In this document: positions 34,172 through 48,500 of the stretch, in pieces
Position numbering within the stretch: position 1 is the first letter of the stretch
How the letters are laid out: every line of letters begins with the position of its first letter
DNA from: Mobula hypostoma
Taxonomy: Eukaryota
Length of the DNA: 64,000 nucleotides
NCBI RefSeq assembly: GCF_963921235.1
Contig: NC_086097.1
Location: 55,802,001 to 55,866,000, forward strand
Direction: 5' to 3'
Position numbers and translations under genes: made by a program
Notes under the pieces: model-generated
What the model saw: the letters and a program-made list of their open reading frames with translations, nothing else
The model's database searches: none
Told to the model about the DNA's origin: nothing

Positions 34172-36007
34172 TAATCAGACACATTGGCAAATGTAAACTT
34201 TAGATATATTGCCCCAAATGCAGGAAAAGCTCAAATCTGGTATCTTATCCAATATAATGTGGACCTGCGAGTCAAGAAAGATGATATAAGTGCAAAGAAG
34301 ATTGGTATTCTGGAACATTTTCTGGTTAAAATCTTTCTTAGCCTCTGCTGAGAATAGATCTAATGACTTGAACAGTCTTTCATTTCTCACTCTGGGAGTA
34401 CACAGGAAGAATATCACTCCTAAATAATCAGATAACTGTTTAGTAGGGTTAGATAAAATGCCCTTTTAGAGATAAGCATCTGTCTGTTGATTATAATGGC
34501 GCAACTAGTGACAATAGAATCTATAAGGCAAATGGTGATATTGAGAAATCTGAAACATCAAATTGCCAGATTGATATGATTTCAGTTACAAGTTTTGTAG
34601 TGATTGCATTAATCTCCATAATGAATATTGTTAATTAGCAGTTAGTTCCCCATCATCAATTTAATTGTGTTTTACTTCAATTAGATTAAGCTCCAGTTCC
34701 ATCCACTGTCACAGGAGCAGCTTAAGAAATTGTGACAAGCTATTGTGTTTAAGACATTGGGAACATGTTTCAGATCTGGTGTGCACTACCTCAAACCCAG
34801 ACAATACTACCCTCCTGCAACCAACCCATAGTTCAGTGATCCAACCTTAAAGCACTTATTTTCTGAAACGGACTACCGATGCCCTAATATGGCAAGTTGC
34901 AAATGCATAACCATTATCGGGCAGAATTCACCATTTTGAAAAGTATCCTGTTCACGGTATTTACTGGAAAGTTGCCAGAAATGATGATTTTGGATTAAAT
35001 AGGGTTACTTTTACATATTTAATATTACTCCATTTAAATCTATTTTTGACCTGTACACATCTTCTCATTGCACAGCAGATGGATATAGAACTGGATTGAT
35101 TGCACAAGTCAGAGAATGGTACAGGTTGAGCTATCTTTGAGATATTCAGTTCAAGCCCTGATGTAGATTTATACTCATAATACAGATAAAGTAATATGGA
35201 AAAATTACTTTTCACAGACCAAACAACTTTTGATTTACAAGCTAAACTAGATCATATGTACTAAACTAGCAAATGTTTTGAAGAAAATATATAAGATATT
35301 TGTAAATGCCCTGTTTTTTAGTGAGACCGTGATGCCAGGTTATAATACTACACTTGATACAGCTGTGTCTGGCTAAAGCTGTTAAAATGAAGCAGATATC
35401 AATCCATGTTTCTTATAATTATTGAATGATCCTGTTTTTGACATATGAAAAGCAATTTTGCTTTTATCCATTAAAAATGTGATGGAATTCCTAGATCCAG
35501 TCACCTTTCTTCAAGACATAAAATGATTTATGCACATTTGTTATTCCTATGAGGTCTTTAATTTTTCAGCTGCTATACAATTCCCTGGGAGAGTGCCCAA
35601 TAAAAGGTAGTAGATTTGAAATCTTGTACAGCATGTTTCTCAGAGCTACTTTCACACATACACAGTATTAATGTACCATTTCTAGGAATTTTGAACAATT
35701 TGACTGAGTCAGCATCATGGGGACTCATCTAATTTATCTTCAGCTGCTCTATCTAAAGGGATATTACAAGCATGAAATTTTATGGGTTCAAGATCATTAA
35801 GACTAGCAGGCAACAGTTTTGCTCCAGTATGCAGCAACTCTCTGAGCCTCCTGAGACATTAATGTTTCGACATGTTATAAAAACTTGTTTGTTTGTAAAT
35901 CCAGTGTGGTTTTGAGGCTCTTGGTCATTATTCTCCTCCTTTTGATCTACAGAATCGTTCCATGAACATTGCCCAAAATTTTGTGGTAAATGAAAGTCAT
36001 GAAATGC

Positions 36008-36200
36008 AAGATGAAGGGTCTCAACCCAAAACGTTGTCTGTTTATTCCTTTTCATAGACGCTGCCTGATCTGCACCTTGTACGTATTACTCTGGACCTCC
36101 AGCATCCAGCAACTATCTACTCATTTCCATAAATGCTGTCTGACTTACAGAGTTCCTCCAGCATTTTGTGTGTGGTGATCTGCAGAATCCCTTGCGTTTA
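36008..36200 (+). mobile_element. Penelope-derived pLTR fragments (two partial units)
   Basis: gatgaagggtctcaacccaaaacgttgtc...catagacgctgcctga, then gagttcctccagcattttgtgtgt. A similar fragment lies at ~43785-43880. Confidence 0.75.
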
Positions 36201-36792
36201 TTGCATTTCTAGCCAGGAGAGTGAGCGCCATTGTTCATGAACTTATGGAAAATTCTAATATTTGTTAAATAATCTGCCAGTGATACATTTTCATAGAATC
36301 TTTCAAGAAAGCAATTGTGAGGTTGCAGAATTTATGGGCAAATTTGCCTTTCAATTCCTAACCATTCAGAGATGGGGATTTCAAAACCTTTCAATTCCTA
36401 ACCATTGCGGCTGTGTTCTAGATTTAGTTTTGCTAGAAGCTTGGGAAATCTGTGCACATTCCATTAAAGTCCCAACCTTTTGTTAATATTGCATTTAATG
36501 AGTGATTACCTGAATGAACTCACCAGCCTGGTTCTCCCAATGGGATTTCCTGAGGAGGCTGGATAAAATACAGGAATCAGTGTGAGTTGGTGTCAGGTTT
36601 CAGATTTACTGTCTCTTTAGCATATGGTGCCCTCTTGTTCCTGGTTCTGAGCTTACCTGATTCTAGGGTTAAAACTTCCCCCATTATTTCCTACATACCT
36701 ACATTAGAAATATGTTGCCCAACAAGTGACATATGGGCTACTGGGGCAGCATTGCAATTTTCTGAAGCAATAAGTTCTTATTTCTGTTAATT

Positions 36793-37293
36793 TCATGTCA
36801 TGTCTCAAAAACTTCTATAGTTGTACCGTGGAGAGCATTCTGACAGGCTGCATCACTGTCTGGTATGGAGGGGCTACTGTACAGGACCGAAAGAAGCTGC
36901 AGAAGGTTGTAAATCTAGTCAGTTCCATCTTGGGCACTAGCCTACAAAGTACCCAGGACGTCTTTAGGGAGCAGAGTCTCAGAAAGGCAGCGTCCATTAT
37001 TAAGGACCTCTAGCACCCAGGGCATGTTCTTTTCTCACTGTTACCATCAGGTAGGAGATACAGAAGCCTGAAGGCACACACTCAGCGATTCAGGAATAGC
37101 TTCTTCTCTCTGCCGTCCAATTCCTAAATGGACATTGAAGCTTTGGACACTACCTCACTTTTTTTAAAAGTATACAGTTATTTCTGTTTTTGCACGTTTT
37201 TTTAAAACCTATTCAAAATACGTAATTGATTTACTTGTTTATTTATTATTATTAGTTTTTTTTCTCTCTTCTAGATATGTAATGCATTGAACT
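36793..37293 (+). mobile_element. Rex1/Babar 3' end
   Basis: LKNFYSCTVESILTGCITVWYGG...DRKKLQKVV...RKAASIIKD (DUF1891-like region). Confidence 0.92.
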
Positions 37294-37639
37294 TGATGGA
37301 ATCCTTCCTCATAGCAAATATAGGAGAAATTCAGAGAACAGGCAAAACTGCTGTGCATTGCGGTTATGTGCCTTGATCTGAATACAGACACAGTATGTTC
37401 AATGCTGGAAAGATTTATAACAGCCCTTTTCCAGAGCTTTTTGCTGTCATCAAGTCCTGCCATTCAAAACGGCAGAGCAACGTATGAAGAGCAGTCAGGT
37501 TACAACCTTGCTCCAAACCTGGAGCCCTTACTCAACACACCATTGGAATTTAGCACTTCACAAGGACAGGTGGAAAACTATTTAACCCTACCAGGCTCAG
37601 GGCAAAACCAAAAGTGTGAACAGTCCTTTTCAAAAATAT

Positions 37640-37890
37640 TCTCCTTGTTGATGTTGTGAAAAATATAAAGCTTGAGGGGAACACCCACAGCACCTCATCA
37701 GCCCATTTTCCCATGTCTGTCAGAACATGTGGTTCTCCATGAGTCTGATCAAAACCATTGCCCAGACTCAGGATCCCCTCCTTCAAAATCAACAATTATG
37801 TCTCAGAGGCTGTGACCGAGTTTAGCTGGTTAGGATCCATCAGCAACAAATTCTTGCTTGATGAAATATCATCCTGCACACCCGAAGAGC
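37640..37890 (+). mobile_element. Ancient RTE RT fragment
   Basis: aaaatcaacaattatgtctcagaggctgtgaccgagtttagctggttaggatccatc reads KINNYVSEAVTEFSWLGSI, resembling LExVxxFxYLGS. Confidence 0.55.
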
Positions 37891-38299
37891 TTCCATAAAC
37901 ACTAATTTAATGAATGACATGCTTGTGCATGTTCCTGAAATACAAAAGGTGCCTCCACAGTGATTCAGAGATGGGGATGAAGTGAAGAGGTTTTACATTC
38001 TAAAATTTTACCTAATAACCAATCTTGGTTCCAACTGTTTCTTACAGTATTTTGCATTACTCATTCATCAATCTTGATATGAATCTCATCAGGGCTAACA
38101 TTTGTTAAATATAATTCCTTGGTGGACAATGCTAGATAAAACGATTCACTTGAACTGTCCTGCAGTATATTTTAAATGACTTTTTGCTGTAAGAGACCTC
38201 TGTGCGGTTATCAATACAATTGAAAAATCTGATGATTTTTGTTGTAGGTGGAAGAAATTGGACAGTAAGTAAAAATAGGATGGTAAAATGTCCATCATG

Positions 38300-39258
38300 A
38301 CACAAAGGTTGGGGGTGTTGTGGATAGTGTGGCAGGCTGTCAGAGGTTACAGCGGGACATCGATAGGATACAAAACTGGGCTGGGAAGTGGCAGATGGAG
38401 TTCAACCCAGATATGTGTGAAGTGGTTCATTTTGGTAGGTGACATATGATGGCAGAATATAGTATTAATGGTCAGACTCTTGGCAGTGTGGAGGATCAGA
38501 GGGATCTTGGGGTCCGAGTCCATAGGACACTGAAAGCTGCTGCGCAGGTTGACTGTGTGGTTAAGAAAGCATACGGTGCATTGGCCTTCATCATCTGTGG
38601 GATTGAGTTCAAGAGCCAACAGGCAATGTTGCAACTATATAGGACCCTGCTCAGACCCCACTCGGAGTAATGTGCTCAGATCTGGTCACCTCACAAGGAT
38701 GTAGAAACTATAGAAAGGGTGCAGAGGAGATTTACAAGGATGTTGCCAGATTGGGGAGCATACCTTATGAGAATAAGTTGAGTGAACTTGGCCTTTTTCC
38801 CTTGGAGCGACGGAGACAGGTGACCTGATGGATCAGCTCATGATAAAATGGCGGAGCAGACTCAATGGGCCGAATGGACGATTTCTGCTCCTTTGTCTTA
38901 TGGAGTAAAAGATGATGAGAGGCATTGATTGTGTGGATAGTCAAAGGCTTCTTCTTGGGGCTGAAATGGCTAAAATGAGAGAACACAGTTTTAAAGTGCT
39001 TGGGAGTAGGTACAGAGGAGATGTCAGGGGTAAGTTTTTTACACAGAGAGTGGTGACTGCATGAATGGGCTGCCAGTGATGGTGGTGGAGGCGGATATGA
39101 TAAGGCCTTTTAAAGGACTCCTGGATAGGTACATGGAGCTTAGAAAAATAGAGGGCTATGAGTAATCCTAGGTAATTTCTCGGGTAAGGACATGTTCGGC
39201 ACAGCATTGTGGACCGAAGGGCCTACATTGTGCTGCAGGTTTTCTATGTTTCTATGTT
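38300..39258 (+). mobile_element. CR1 LINE 3' ~950 bp, with a short CR1 tail inserted at ~38829-38903
   Basis: EYSINGQTLGSVEDQRDLGVRVHRTLK...MLQLYRTLLRPH and a (ttctatgt)n tail. Confidence 0.93.
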
Positions 39259-39327
39259 CCACATAGTAAATAAAGAATGTTCAATATGTTTGAATTTTAC
39301 TTGATTTCTAAGGTGTGTTGACTGAGA

Positions 39328-40105
39328 GAACATAGAACATAGAATAGTACAGCACAGTACAAGCCCTTCAGCCCACAATGTTGTGCCGACCCTCAAACCC
39401 TGCCTCCCATATAAGCCCCCACCTTAAATTCCTCCGTATACATAGAAACATAGAAAATAGGTGGAGGAGTAGGCCATTCGGCCCTTCGAGCCTGCACCGC
39501 CATTTATTATGATCATGGCTGATCATCCAACTCAGAACCCTGCACCAGCCTTCCCTCCATACCCCCTGATCCCCGTAGCCACAAGGGCCATATCTAACTC
39601 CCTCTTAAATATAGCCAATGAACTGGCCTCAACTGTTTCCTGTGGCAGAGAATTCCACAGATTCACCACTCTCTGGGTGAAGAAGTTTTTCCTAATCTCG
39701 GTCCTAAAAGGCTTCCCCTTTATCCTCAAACTGTGACCCCTCGTTCTGGACTTCCCCAACATCGGGAACAATCTTCCTGCATCTAGCCTGTCCAATCCCT
39801 TTAGGATTTTATACGTTTCAATCAGATCCCCCCTCAATCTTCTAAATTCCAACTAGTACAAGCCCAGTTCATCCAGTCTTTCTTCATATGAAAGTCCTGC
39901 CATCCCAGGAATCAATCTGGTGAACCTTCTTTGTACTCCCTCTATGGCAAGGATGTCTTTCCTCAGATTAGGGGACCAAAACTGCACACAATACTCCAGG
40001 TGTGGTCTCACCAAGGCCCTGTACAACTGCAGTAGTACCTCCCTGCCTAGTAGTCTCTTAAACTTCACTAATGTATCTGCCTCCACCACTGACTCAGGCA
40101 GTGCC
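39328..40105 (-). mobile_element. Young CR1 3' end (39441-40045) nested in another CR1 3' end
   Basis: ORFs 39853-40089 and 39532-39852 are in frame with one stop ([22 protein letters not shown]...GLY*LEFRRLRGDLIETYKIL). Outer pieces are 39328-39440 and 40046-40105. Confidence 0.93.
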
Positions 40106-40907
40106 TGAGAGAATTGCTATATCTTACAAAACTCCTATGGAATTGTTGACAAAATCAAACATTCTGAGAGATAAATTGTTGTAAAACCTTGTCCGTTTAT
40201 ATGTGCTATGAAATTGTTGATTTTGTATCTGTTGATTGTGACTGGATTGTAGAAACTTGTGCTTACAATTGCTCCAGACTAACATAATGAAATAAAGGAC
40301 TGAAAGATGTTTCTTCATGTTATACCACCTTCATAATTCTCTAAAAATCTCATGGGTAACAGATTATTTACATTTTGGTATTTTATCCCATCAATGTAAT
40401 GAGAATGCAGGTTCAGTAATTGAGTGTGTCAGGAAAAGGAATACTTCTTTTGTCTGTCCCAACAAATATAATAACTTATATATATTTTTCACCTATTATC
40501 CAAATAATCCTGAAAGATTTTTGAGTTACGTAAACATTTCCCCGTAATTTATACCTTATTGTGTGCTCAATCTCCAACTAACTACTTAACGTGTAATTTG
40601 CACTAAGAACCATACTCTAGGTAGATTTTAAATATTACTGTGGCAGAAGAATTGCCAATCTTATGGCGTGGTCAGTTCTACTTTCCATTGAATATGAAGC
40701 AAAACAGGCTGTTGTTATAGACAATAAAAGGTTCAGTATTCAAATATTAAATTCTCTTCAGTGTTCCAGTCCCAGCACAGGACTGAGAAGTGGATTCAAT
40801 AGCAATCAAGAAAATAATGATTTTATATTTCATTGGCTATACCAGGAAGCAGGGTGTTCATCTGGTCATCCTTACTCAAATAATATAATTGGTGACCTGC
40901 TGTACTG

Positions 40908-41135
40908 ATAGTCATAGTCATAGTCATACTTTATTGATCCCGGGGGAAATTGGTTTTCATTACAGTTGCACCATAAATAATAAATAGTAATAGTAATACT
41001 ACTATTAGTAAATAGGAAATAGTAATAGTCATGGAAATAATAAATAGTAATAGAAAAATAGTAATAAACAGTTAAATAGTAATATGTAAATTATGCCAGT
41101 AAATTATGAAATAAGTCCAGGACCAGCCTATCGGC
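40908..41135 (-). mobile_element. LINE 3' tail (Rex1-like) with (atagtc)n end and AT-rich simple repeat
   Basis: atagtcatagtcatagtcatactttattgatccc, then taaatagtaa repeats. Confidence 0.55.
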
Positions 41136-42399
41136 AAGTGATTGAGAATGCATTATGAAAAAGTTGCATTAGCTCAGAATTTGCACTGGAAGTAACAATT
41201 GTGCAAATAGTGCATATTGGTCAGATTTTCAGATTACACGCATGATTTAAATCTAATTTATAATTTTGCCTCTGTGTAACTAATGAGAATCTACATATAT
41301 AAACTTCTATTGTGTTTCACTTATATACCTAATGAAAATTGGTTGAAGAGTCTGTATATTGCTTTATCTATTCTCTCTTACCACACACACACAGAGTACA
41401 TATGCACATGCATAGACACATTCACATGCACACATACCTATATGCTTACACATGCACCTTAGTTCTGGTAGCAAGCAACAATGGATCAGAGGACGTCAGA
41501 TCTGTCTCTGCTCGAAACCTGAAACTCTTGTGGGCAACCGTTAGTGAAGTGAACATCAATCACCCTCCTCTGCCATTCACCACAATCTTGTTCATCCAAA
41601 ATACAACTTCACATACAGAACCTTTATTTCAATACATAATTTCAGTCACAGCTATTGTGTAAATATATCCAGAAAATATACTTTATTTCAAGAAGTTTTG
41701 CAGTGCATCACCTGATATATTTTGACTAATTTAGATAATTACATTGCAGAGGTTCCACATTAATTGTAGTAACTGACAGCAGCAATTTTTTTTGTTTCCA
41801 AATAATTGGAGATTTGAGTCATATTTGTCATATGACATCCTGTTTGCTTTCCTTGGAATTTGTTATCACTACCTGCAGTATTTAAATACCACAGCAGCAT
41901 GTAAAGGATAAGTCACAGTGGAATCAAACTTATCATATTGAGACTCTGCAATGTTTGTTTACACAGTGGGAGCATCAGTGGCAAAATAGACATGTGCCTT
42001 GGGATACACAGAGAAATGCAAATACAAAAAGCATTCAAAAGCATTAGCGACATTGGTTGAGAATATGGTTCCAACTAACCAGTCTAGCATTGGTACCTAA
42101 GCACCTAGTCAATGCATTGATTCTCTGCTAGATATGCATCACCCAGTATCTGAAATCAATCTCATCTGTAGGTGTTCAGGAAGCATAATGGGATTATTCC
42201 ACATGACATTTCAAATATTTAGATAGTTACGAATTTTTGTAGGGGAAGTTGGGCTGCTCAAGTGATGACTCTTCATATAATAACTTAAACACACAGCCAG
42301 GAATCTACCACGATATTTTAAGCAGTTCATCCGCTACTCACAGGTTGGTTACTGATTTGTCAGTTGAAGTTGTCAGTTAACTTCAGTATGTGATTTTCT

Positions 42400-43150
42400 A
42401 ACACATTTTGTTGCCACTGTGGCTTATATCTGAGCTCTGAGGAGTTTTTGATGCTTCCAAATGGTATTACTGCAATCCTGCGTGGTCTATAAGGTTTGCC
42501 TTTTGGGCTGGATAATGAGGAAAAGGACCCAAAGACACAGAACAGAACAGAACTTGTCTGAGAGAAGGAGGATGAGAGCAATGTGTAGAAGTTCAAATCT
42601 GTATCTGCTTCAGGGAAGTCTTCTCCAAGCTGAAGTTTGCTGAGGTGCAACAGCCGAGGCATCTTCACTTTATCAAGTCTACCAGCGAAGGTGCAACCAT
42701 AATACAAACCAAGGCATGAGCAGTAATGTGTACGGCTGGCAAAGTCACCATTGCCATTTATCTTAATGCTACAGGAAGTATATTAATGACATCTCAATGC
42801 CTGATACTCATAACTTAATTTGGGACTTCACACAATCTTTCTGACCCACATGGAGTTGTGTCTTCATTTCTGATTGTTTACGACATGGAGAAAGACAACA
42901 CAGTGCTTCAGCTGTAGATCAGGCTTTTCCTGGGTTCCATGAACTGAATTCATGTTTTCAATGCTCCTTATCAATATGCGGCATCTTCTTCTAGCAAGTC
43001 CACTGAGTTGGCATCAAGTATTCCATGCGAGGTTTCCTGGTAGAATTCATGACCCTTTCATCCTACTTAGCCATTAAGAGGACTTGAGAGCTTGGTCTAG
43101 ACCACGTTGATTTCTTTTTCAAGTTTCATTGGGTGAGTGAATCTTCTTGT
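42400..43150 (-). mobile_element. Ancient RTE-like LINE C-terminal remnant
   Basis: Antisense remnants resembling KxLIYxxxVLS, KIKWQ and FAGxLxxxxxxRL. Highly decayed. Confidence 0.4.
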
Positions 43151-45209
43151 TCAGAGATGTTGATTGCCTTTAAATGTTGTCAATAAAACTTAATCTCCCA
43201 CTCCCCAACAGGTAAGAAGCCAAAGAACTGTATACATACTACTGACTGGGTTGTTGCAATGAAGACTTAACCATTTCTCCCAGAACCCAAGCCTGGTGCC
43301 CTCAAATTTTTGAGTTGTGCCATTTTTTCCTAAGAATGATCGGTAGAAACTTGCCAGGTAGGAAAAGTAATTAACATAAGGGATAATATGTTTTTGTGAT
43401 GTAACCACAAGCCTGTAATTAAACTAAGGAATTTCGAATGACAGTGTAAGCTGAAAAAGAGAAGCTAGAATTGCAAGAAATTATGAACTGAACTCTGAAT
43501 TATCCTTGCTAATTAACATCTTTATTTATATGACAATTGCAATTCTCATCCCTAGTGTGTTCATAGTGGCTGTCAGTCGCCATTACTGAGTGACCAATTT
43601 GACCATTGGTATCTCACAATGCAATGCCTGTTATGAATGGCTTTAGAATCAGCCATCACTTCACGTGATGTTAAAAAGAAACGTAAAGAAGAAATAAAAG
43701 ATAGAATCATGGAATCTCAGAAGGAGGCGATTCAACGCATATGTCCATGGAAACTGTTATCCCACTTAATCTCACTTTCTACTCGATGAATGATCTTGGC
43801 ATGAAACATCAACTCTTTACTCCTTTCCATAGATGTTGCCTGACCTCCTGAGTTCCTCAAGCAATTTGTGTGTTTTACTCTCTTTCTAATTCTAGGTTTG
43901 AAATATTTTAGAGAATATCACTTAAATAGCATACTCAAAATGTTATAAAACCTACAATATTTAAGCCTCTATCGCTCATCATACTTTGAGGGAAATATTT
44001 CTTGTCATCTTCTTTTTAATTTTTCTACATCTTGATTAAGCTTGATTTATCTGTTTTTTGACCATACCTACTCATACCCCACTGCTCCTCATCATCACCC
44101 CTCCCTCCACTGGGGGGGGGGGGAACTATGTTCTTCCTTTCCACACAGCGTCACCAACATCATCACCAACCCCACCCAAATACATAGAAATCTCCCTTTA
44201 GCCATCTCTATTATAAAGGAATCACAGAAAATCCATCCTTGCCCTTTGGCTAGGATTCTCTAGTTCCAGTGATGTCCCCAATTCTCCAAAATGCAATTGC
44301 ATCTTTCCTCCATTGTCTTGATCAGAATTATTTGTAGGAAATTAACTGCAGCCTAAAAAGTTCTAACATAATCTTCTTCCTCTCATAATCTGAGCTCTGA
44401 CTATCAAAGGAATGTCTTTTTCAGATTTATGTCTTTTTTCTACTTATCTACTTTATCTTGTAAGAGGGATCTTGGGACATGCATTGCCAGGTTCCTCTTT
44501 TCTACACTGCTATTTATTACAAATTCTGTTGCTTTGATTGGTCATAGCAAATGCATTAACTCATATATCTATAGAACTGATGCCTGGCTTTGTGTCTTTT
44601 TTAAACTTCAGTTCTGAATGCTATTCACTTACTTGCTTTTATTGTCTGCATGATTTTTTTTACTCTGCACATTGAGTGTTTGATGGTCTTTTGATGGGTT
44701 CTTTTGGGGTTCCTTGTTCTGTGGCTGCCTGTAAGGAGACAAGGTTGTGTAATATATGCATACTTTGATAATAACTCTACTTTGAGCATGGAACTGAATT
44801 CGATTTCCACTTTTCTAAACACCCTGCTGACTGGGCAATTACTATTTTTCTGTAGTTTCTTGCTTTCTACCCCGCTATCAATTGCACAGCCCATTTTTAT
44901 ATTTTCTTTAAGTCTCCTAACCAAACCTAAATTTATCTAAATCATTGAAGCATATCACAATAGTCGAAGGATCATATACCAAGTCCAGTGCAAACCAACC
45001 AGAAGGAGCTGTACAGTCACAAAAATAGCTGCAGATTGTTGCCCATTGAGCCATTTTTGGATGCTATATGTTTTAACTTTTTTTAACCCAGATGCTCTAA
45101 GATACATATCAGTTATATCAGAGATGCCACTTAGATTTTGTTACAATTGGTACTGAACGGGTGCATATGATAATCTGTTTGCACAGAAATCCATCCATAC
45201 TAAAAGCCT

Positions 45210-45540
45210 TTTGTACAATGGTGCTACATGGTGGATGTATGTCAGTTTAATCTGGTGCCACTGGGAAGTGCTTATTGTGCAGTGGCACTGTCTAAAGTTA
45301 TGCAATAGTTCTCAAATGAAATCACGTGTCAATTTGCAGTGTTGTCAAAGTGCCGAGATGAACATAGGAGAGAACTCGACACTTGGTTGCCTCTGCACCG
45401 GAGACCTGCTCTATGGTTGACAATCTGGTGATTGTGGGAGACCATGCATGGTGTCCATCATGTGGGCAGTAGGTGAAGCTCTGAAGCCTCAAGCAGAGGA
45501 AGAAGAAAAGACTTTGAGGAAGAAAGAGAAACATGAGGTG
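45210..45540 (+). mobile_element. Ancient RTE 3' remnant
   Basis: gacctgctctatggt (DLLYG) followed by gggagacca (GRP). Confidence 0.5.
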
Positions 45541-48500
45541 GGAAGAGATGAATTATCCTCTACTCCTCCCCTAGACATCATCAATCAGAACCTCCAACTA
45601 TGTCTGCAAGAACTTAGCATGTTGGCAACCTTACCCCATTCCTACGCTAGCAATGGATGAATGAAGCGCCATGAAAATCTTGCCTGATTTCTGTTTCAAT
45701 GTTAAACTGCAGGTTCACACTCCAGCCATCAACTCAGGACCAAAATTGTGTGCTATGGTTGGCTTTTCAAAATGTATGTAATATTTTAATAGTGCCCATT
45801 TACAACATGCCGCAATTTTTTATTAATCCACAATGCTACTGTTTCTAGAGATAATCAATCTATAGAGGTTGTTTACTTCTAAAAAAATAGTGATGCAATC
45901 ATATCAGCCTATTCAAACTCAAAGGGAGTGCATAGCAATTTTGTATTCTAATGTTTTCTGTATTATGACTGAAAGTGACCAACCGGATCGAAACTGCATA
46001 AAATATGATATCCTTACTTTATCTTCCCTGATGCTGATATAGTCATTCACTTCTTTACTTGTAGAGACCTTTAGACTAATGCTTTACCGAGTTCTTAGAA
46101 TTCCCCTATGAGATAACTGAGGAGCTCACTTGTACTGCTCCAAGGTGATTGTACTAATTTGTAGCTAGCTGTGCACAATGCAAGACCAAATGTGCAGAAT
46201 TATGCAGATTCTTTGAAATAAACTTACCTGTTGAGGAACAAAATCTAATTTGTAACACTTCTTTACAACTACTACACTTCAAAGATTTGAAATATTGAAC
46301 ATTGGCCTAACTGATTTTCATATAAATAGGTTTAAAGCAATAGAATGATTTTTGCTTTGCTTTGTGCAAATGAAGCCCAGCTTTGAAAAGACTATTCTCA
46401 TCATTATGAACAAAATACACAATTGAATGTAGTGACTGTCCATGCTTTGTACACTGCCAGACTGATATGTGTGTTTATTTATTACATTATGAGAATAAAA
46501 TGATAGTGCAGCCATACCAGGACAACTGATTAATTTGCAGGAACATACAGGTAACAGATTGCAATCAAAGGGAAGAACCGATCCTGTCAGATTGAAATAT
46601 GTTCTGCACTGGTAAGAGACGCAGGGTAACACAGGCAGCAACAATCCTTCTTCTGAGGGAAGTGAAAAGCTTGCAGACACTAATCACAGCTCAGGCACTG
46701 CAACTCAATAATTACCCACTGCCTCATCATCATCCCAGCCTAAGCTCTGACAATCCATCTGGGATCCTGGTCTACTGTGGCACACAAGAATGAATATGCC
46801 TTAGTTATTGGTACTTCTTGACCTACAAGCCACTGGAGCAAACATTCATATAGTCTTCACATTTTTTGTTGCTGAAACTATTTCTTAATTATTACTTTTT
46901 GATACATGTTATTTTAAGATAAAAGTTTCCTATGACATCCACAGTCGACACAGCCTAGTTTTGTCATCTACTGACAGTTACCAAATTGGGCACTAATTGC
47001 AAGCTCTGTGATTTAATTAGACTCATTCCAAACACTCACATTTTATCAATTAGTTAATGGGCTAAAGAGGGTCTTATTGTCGCAGCCAGGTCATTTGGAA
47101 GCTCAAAGCTTCTTGATGGTGAGAATGTTAAGAACAGCAGCGTTAATATCTGTAATTAACCTTGAGAGCTCTCCACTGCTAAGCTGGGGGTAACCCCCAT
47201 TCCATCCATATGTCTTTTCTCAGCTGTCACAATATTCTTAATTTCTTTATTTTCATCATCTTTAAATAAAATTAAATCAGTTGGTCTGAGGCTTTAAATC
47301 ACTAAACCATATAAAATGCACCTTTTACATAATTTGAGGAAGATATCGATTCTTATTGTTATTTTGATTAAAAATTTTGATGGCTTAATTTTGATTTCAA
47401 AGAATGGCTAGCTTTGTATAATTTTGCACTTTAATATATTACTTAATTAATATTGATGTGAATGCTACCTTTAAAAATGTGTAAGCAAACTAATTTGTTA
47501 AGACCACTATTAAAATGTATATTAAAGTAGCCAAAACATATATGTATGTAATTTAGTAATAAGGAAATATTAGTAACATGAAAATATACTTTAAAATATC
47601 TATTGGTACTTGTGCTTGAACAATTATAATTGCTTTATTTCCTAATTAATTGCATTAACCTCTATAATGCATTTTCTTCATGACAAGGTTTGTCTTCATT
47701 GATATGTTTAATATTAAAAGGAAAATTCCTTTCTATATTTAGTTGATTTATTTACAAAATCCTTTCTCCTCTATTAAAACAATCAGATTAGGGAAATTTT
47801 TATTTCAGAATATAGCCTCAATGATCAACTATGCAATAGAGCAGATTAGTTTAGGCAATTGTTACATTGAATTTCTGAATCCATGGTAAAGTGATATTTT
47901 CAAATGGCTAGAATAGGACATTTTGCATAGCAATTATATGCATCTTAAAGATATGCCGGTCTGGAGTTTATAATTTTGCTTTCATTCTGGATGATTATCA
48001 GGAATACATTTTTGACTGTACATTGCCCCAGTTATAAGACAGGTGGAATGAGGGGACATCTGTCTGAATATTGAATGAAGTGCTCCTTCCCATCTGTTGT
48101 AAAGTTAGTGATGACTCTGCTTGGCGTCAGTTATCCCTCTCAACACACAACTGGGGTGCCATATGCCCCAAATGTTCCACGTGCCACCCAGATGACTGGT
48201 CTGCCTCCCCTCATAGCCTGAGCACCTGCACCACTACAAGGGGCGAGTGAGGAAATTGACGGCTGAGCACGTGCTGGGCACAGCAGGTGACATTCAGTAC
48301 AACCACAGAGTCCTATTGAATAAGCCAATAGCAGACCAAACTGGCCGTGTGGAGCATGCTGCCAATCAAGTGTACCAGGATCCACCTCACAGGCTCATGA
48401 GTGAGAAGATTTACAGAACATGATGGTTCATCATTTCTAATCCTATCTTAGCCCAGCATGGCTTAGTGAGAGTTTCTGTGACAGACAATGAACACCTGAC

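Noticed and set aside
38249..38265. 17-nt microexon (ttgtAG...GTAAGT)
   Set aside because: Frame-shifting length, adjacent to a CR1, and such pairs are expected by chance in 64 kb.
39853..40089. Novel fused ORF ([26 protein letters not shown]...)
   Set aside because: Chance in-frame junction between two nested CR1 pieces.
41380..41456. His/Met-rich ORF segment and purine-pyrimidine alternation
   Set aside because: Decayed (CA)/(CATG) microsatellite with no other support.
44095..44125. G-run next to a C-rich tract as a functional G-quadruplex or hairpin
   Set aside because: Isolated homopolymer with assembly-sensitive length and no supporting context.
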